Of a stretch of DNA of 20,000 nucleotides, positions 17,657 through 20,000 are shown piece by piece. The position numbers were made by a program, and so were the translations under genes. Position 1 is the stretch's first letter. Every line of letters begins with the position of its first letter. Source of the stretch: an uncultured virus (IMG/VR IMGVR_UViG_3300031688_001276). Lineage: Duplodnaviria; Heunggongvirae; Uroviricota; Caudoviricetes. The notes below the pieces were generated by a model, which had not been told where the DNA came from, searched no databases, and worked only from the letters and a program-made list of their open reading frames with translations. Location of the stretch: the IMG/VR virus record IMGVR_UViG_3300031688_001276; one strand, given 5' to 3'.

Positions 17657-17818
17657 ATGTTAGATTATATAAAAGCTCGTTTAGGCGAGAGGACTTCATG
17701 GGACGGAGCTATGCTTGTAGGAGTATCATTACTCATTATAGTAGCAGCACCAATTGTTAAACTATTAGCATGGCCAGCATTGGCTTATGGTATTTGGACT
17801 TTAGTCAAAGGCGAGTAA
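17657..17818 (+). CDS. 53-aa two-TM membrane protein, holin-like (absent from ORF track)
   Basis: SD AGGAGG at 17645-17650; MLDYIKARLGERTSWDGAMLVGVSLLIIVAAPIVKLLAWPALAYGIWTLVKGE. Confidence 0.8.
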   Translation: MLDYIKARLGERTSWDGAMLVGVSLLIIVAAPIVKLLAWPALAYGIWTLVKGE

Positions 17819-17826
17819 CATAAATG

Positions 17827-17869
17827 AGAGTACCAAAAGCGCTGTTCTTCAGTTGACCTTTGGTACTCT
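17827..17869. repeat. 11-bp perfect inverted repeat enclosing the -35 of P3
   Basis: AGAGTACCAAA (17827-17837) and TTTGGTACTCT (17859-17869), 21-nt loop, followed by TTCT. Confidence 0.75.
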
Positions 17870-17881
17870 TTCTGCTATTAT
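17853..17881 (+). promoter_or_regulatory. Sigma70-type early promoter P3
   Basis: TTGACC (17853-17858), 17 bp, TATTAT (17876-17881) with extended TG. Confidence 0.75.
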
Positions 17882-17905
17882 ATGTACAGTAAATGAGGAA
17901 AGTAT

Positions 17906-18175
17906 ATGAGTGAATTTGATGATAGAGTAAGTGAACAGCGAAACCGTTTAGCAGCTGAGACGTGGGCTAAAGGTGTTACAGCAGTACATGCACACAGTTT
18001 AAAATCTATGTGGTACGATGATAGGCCAGGAGACACAGACGGTGGCGATAGCGTCGTGGACACAATGTTCAACGATGGATCTATACAACGAGTATTACAG
18101 GATGGTTCAGTAATACAAATGGGTGAAACATTAACAGGTGAGGAGTTACTAGATGAATACGGTAGATGTAATTAA
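17906..18175 (+). CDS. Hypothetical protein (acidic, 89 aa)
   Basis: SD GAGG, directly downstream of P3. Confidence 0.7.
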   Translation: MSEFDDRVSEQRNRLAAETWAKGVTAVHAHSLKSMWYDDRPGDTDGGDSVVDTMFNDGSIQRVLQDGSVIQMGETLTGEELLDEYGRCN

Positions 18176-18344
18176 GCAGAAAGACGATGTTAGGGCTAAT
18201 GAGGCAGCAGAGTCTCTTCGTAGACTAACAGCACCAGCAATGGGTACACTAATTCAGAACTTATGTAACGATAACATGGGTAGTAGATTAGTAGCAGCCC
18301 TTCAAGCAGAACTACAAGACAGATCATATCAATCAGGAGTCTAG
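18153..18344 (+). CDS. Hypothetical protein (63 aa)
   Basis: SD GAGGAG at 18140-18145; fills the gap to the next gene. Confidence 0.6.
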   Translation: MNTVDVIKQKDDVRANEAAESLRRLTAPAMGTLIQNLCNDNMGSRLVAALQAELQDRSYQSGV

Positions 18345-18347
18345 CCT

Positions 18348-18809
18348 ATGCACCCTGGAAATGTATTCCAGATCACGGGAGGCTACAAGGCACAACGGGA
18401 AAGAGTTCTCGATGTGATGGCCTTTTGTGTTGATGAATTGTTGCCACTATATAGATCTTTAGACATTACAATAGACGTAGGCAACTATGAGATTAATGAA
18501 GGAGTCATGGGTCAATGCTTACATGTCCATGGCAACGAGTATTATGTAGATATAGACAGTAAGCAGAATCTATATAATCTCATTGTAACCACATGTCATG
18601 AAATGGTACACGTCAAGCAATACTCAAGGAAAGAGCTAACAGAAAAGCGATTGGTGAGCTCTTGGAAAGGACAAGTGTACACTGATGCCAGGTGTTTCCC
18701 TTGGGAGCGTGAGGCATGGGATATGCAGGTTCCTTTGGCCCATAAGTACATCAAATACCACACAAATTACCCTATAAAGGTGATAAAAACGCTTGACAAA
18801 AGGTCCTAA
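18348..18809 (+). CDS. HEXXH zinc metallopeptidase-like protein
   Basis: TTCHEMVHVKQY with downstream PWEREA; SD AGGAG. Confidence 0.8.
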   Translation: MHPGNVFQITGGYKAQRERVLDVMAFCVDELLPLYRSLDITIDVGNYEINEGVMGQCLHVHGNEYYVDIDSKQNLYNLIVTTCHEMVHVKQYSRKELTEKRLVSSWKGQVYTDARCFPWEREAWDMQVPLAHKYIKYHTNYPIKVIKTLDKRS

Positions 18810-18821
18810 AGAGTGCATAAT
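18793..18821 (+). promoter_or_regulatory. Sigma70-type early promoter P4
   Basis: TTGACA (18793-18798), 17 bp, CATAAT (18816-18821). Confidence 0.75.
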
Positions 18822-18847
18822 ATACACATAATGAAGGAAAAAACGAT

Positions 18848-19444
18848 ATGATGTACGATAAGAATAAAGTAATATTAACAGACTGTGATGGCGTATGCCT
18901 AGATTGGGAGTTCGGCTTCCACACTTGGATGGGTACAAAAGGCTATACACCAGAGAAACAAAATCTGTACAGCGTGGCTACGCAATATGGCTTACACCAG
19001 GAAGATGCTAAAGTATTAGTTGAACAGTTTAATAGCTCAGCGAGTATGGGTTTCCTCCCACCGTTACGAGACGCTCAGTATTACATGAAACTTATAGCTG
19101 AAGAGCTAGGGTACAGATTCGTAGCAGTCACTAGTCTATCAGCAGACGAGTCAGCCCAGAAGCTCAGAACATGTAATCTAAATAAACTATTTGGTGATGG
19201 CACGTTCGTTGAATTCCACTACTTAGACTGTGGAGCCGACAAAGATGAGATCCTACTGGAGTTGGCTAATAAATACGAAGGCAGTTATTGGGTAGAAGAC
19301 AAATACAAGAATGCAGAGTGTGGAAGAGACTTAGGTTATAACTCTATTCTCATGGAGCATGGACACAGCCTGGACTACTGGGGTAAGAATATAACTGTTG
19401 TTAAAAACTGGAAAGAGATATATGAGTATGTCCAACAAGGATAA
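18848..19444 (+). CDS. HAD-family phosphatase / 5'(3')-deoxyribonucleotidase-like (T4 30.2-like)
   Basis: ILTDCDGV (DxD motif I), VAVTS (II), ADK (III), WVEDK (IV). Confidence 0.85.
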   Translation: MMYDKNKVILTDCDGVCLDWEFGFHTWMGTKGYTPEKQNLYSVATQYGLHQEDAKVLVEQFNSSASMGFLPPLRDAQYYMKLIAEELGYRFVAVTSLSADESAQKLRTCNLNKLFGDGTFVEFHYLDCGADKDEILLELANKYEGSYWVEDKYKNAECGRDLGYNSILMEHGHSLDYWGKNITVVKNWKEIYEYVQQG

Positions 19445-19733
19445 AGAGATATATAGTGTAGCAGAACAAGAGAATTCTAAAAGGATATTCAAATCAGCTA
19501 CACCTAAGCTAACACTTGACTGGTATTTAAAATGGGTGGCGAGTGCATTGATACTCACATCGATGGCAGTCAGAGGAATTCCAGAACTTGTAGTAATAGA
19601 TTTAACATCATCAATCATGGGTGTCTTTCTCTGGTTACTTGTAAGTATGATATGGAAGGATCGAGCACTCATCATTCTTAATGGTGTAGGGCTTTTGTTA
19701 TTAATACGAACAGCAGTGGAGAGGTTATTATAG
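19422..19733 (+). CDS. Small three-TM membrane protein (DUF6552-like)
   Basis: DWYLKWVAS...SMIWKDRALIILN; three hydrophobic segments; start ATG 19422 or 19428. Confidence 0.7.
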   Translation: MSMSNKDKEIYSVAEQENSKRIFKSATPKLTLDWYLKWVASALILTSMAVRGIPELVVIDLTSSIMGVFLWLLVSMIWKDRALIILNGVGLLLLIRTAVERLL

Positions 19734-20000
19734 TGTTAAATTTGAGTGGCTCATTAAGATACGACATGAACGGACGTAAGCGTAAAGCATACAAAAAGAA
19801 CAACCCAACGGTTAAGAAGAAACGAGTATCTGCTGAATCGTTTACACCTGTTAGACCAGATCGTATTAAAGAGATACAAGATCATTACGACAAGTATCCG
19901 TCTTTTACAAGTCCAGCAGGCAAAGGCAAAGGAACACTTAACTCTAAATGGCAAGCAGAGAAGCAAGAGATTAGCAAAGGCTATACAGTAGCACCAGCAT
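19733..20000 (+). CDS. 3'-truncated basic hypothetical protein (absent from ORF track)
   Basis: GTG 19733 overlapping the upstream TAG, SD GGAGAGG; open to window end: MLNLSGSLRYDMNGRKRK...KGYTVAPA. Confidence 0.7.
   Translation, partial: MLNLSGSLRYDMNGRKRKAYKKNNPTVKKKRVSAESFTPVRPDRIKEIQDHYDKYPSFTSPAGKGKGTLNSKWQAEKQEISKGYTVAPA

Noticed and set aside
19754..19966. 70-aa minus-strand ORF
   Set aside because: Opposite a better-supported plus-strand ORF starting at 19733.

Overview
A 20 kb, gene-dense, AT-rich segment of a T4-like (myovirus-type) dsDNA phage genome, probably infecting an aquatic Proteobacterium (inference from a TorF/Gcw_chp-type outer-membrane barrel gene and sigma70-type promoters). 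It runs from late/virion-type genes (a 5'-truncated His/Lys/Asp-rich head-internal-like protein and two Ala/Thr/Gly-rich structural proteins) into a replication and nucleotide-metabolism block: gp61-like primase, thyX, class Ia nrdA and nrdB, T4-type RNase H and a HAD nucleotidase. Notable accessory elements: (1) an SGNH-like hydrolase plus a divergent QueC-like PP-loop/Zn protein coupled between nrdA and nrdB; (2) a signal-peptide-bearing TorF-like porin inserted after rnh; (3) the only minus-strand operon, a PD-(D/E)xK-like nuclease plus a NUMOD3 protein with no recognisable catalytic domain, served by both an early-type and a late promoter; (4) five sigma70-type promoters, most sharing ACC-W3/4-GGT-like boxes; (5) several apparently leaderless genes; (6) a 53-aa holin-like ORF missing from the ORF track. 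All family assignments come from motif recognition by eye, not database searches. No RNA genes, CRISPR arrays or IS elements were seen.
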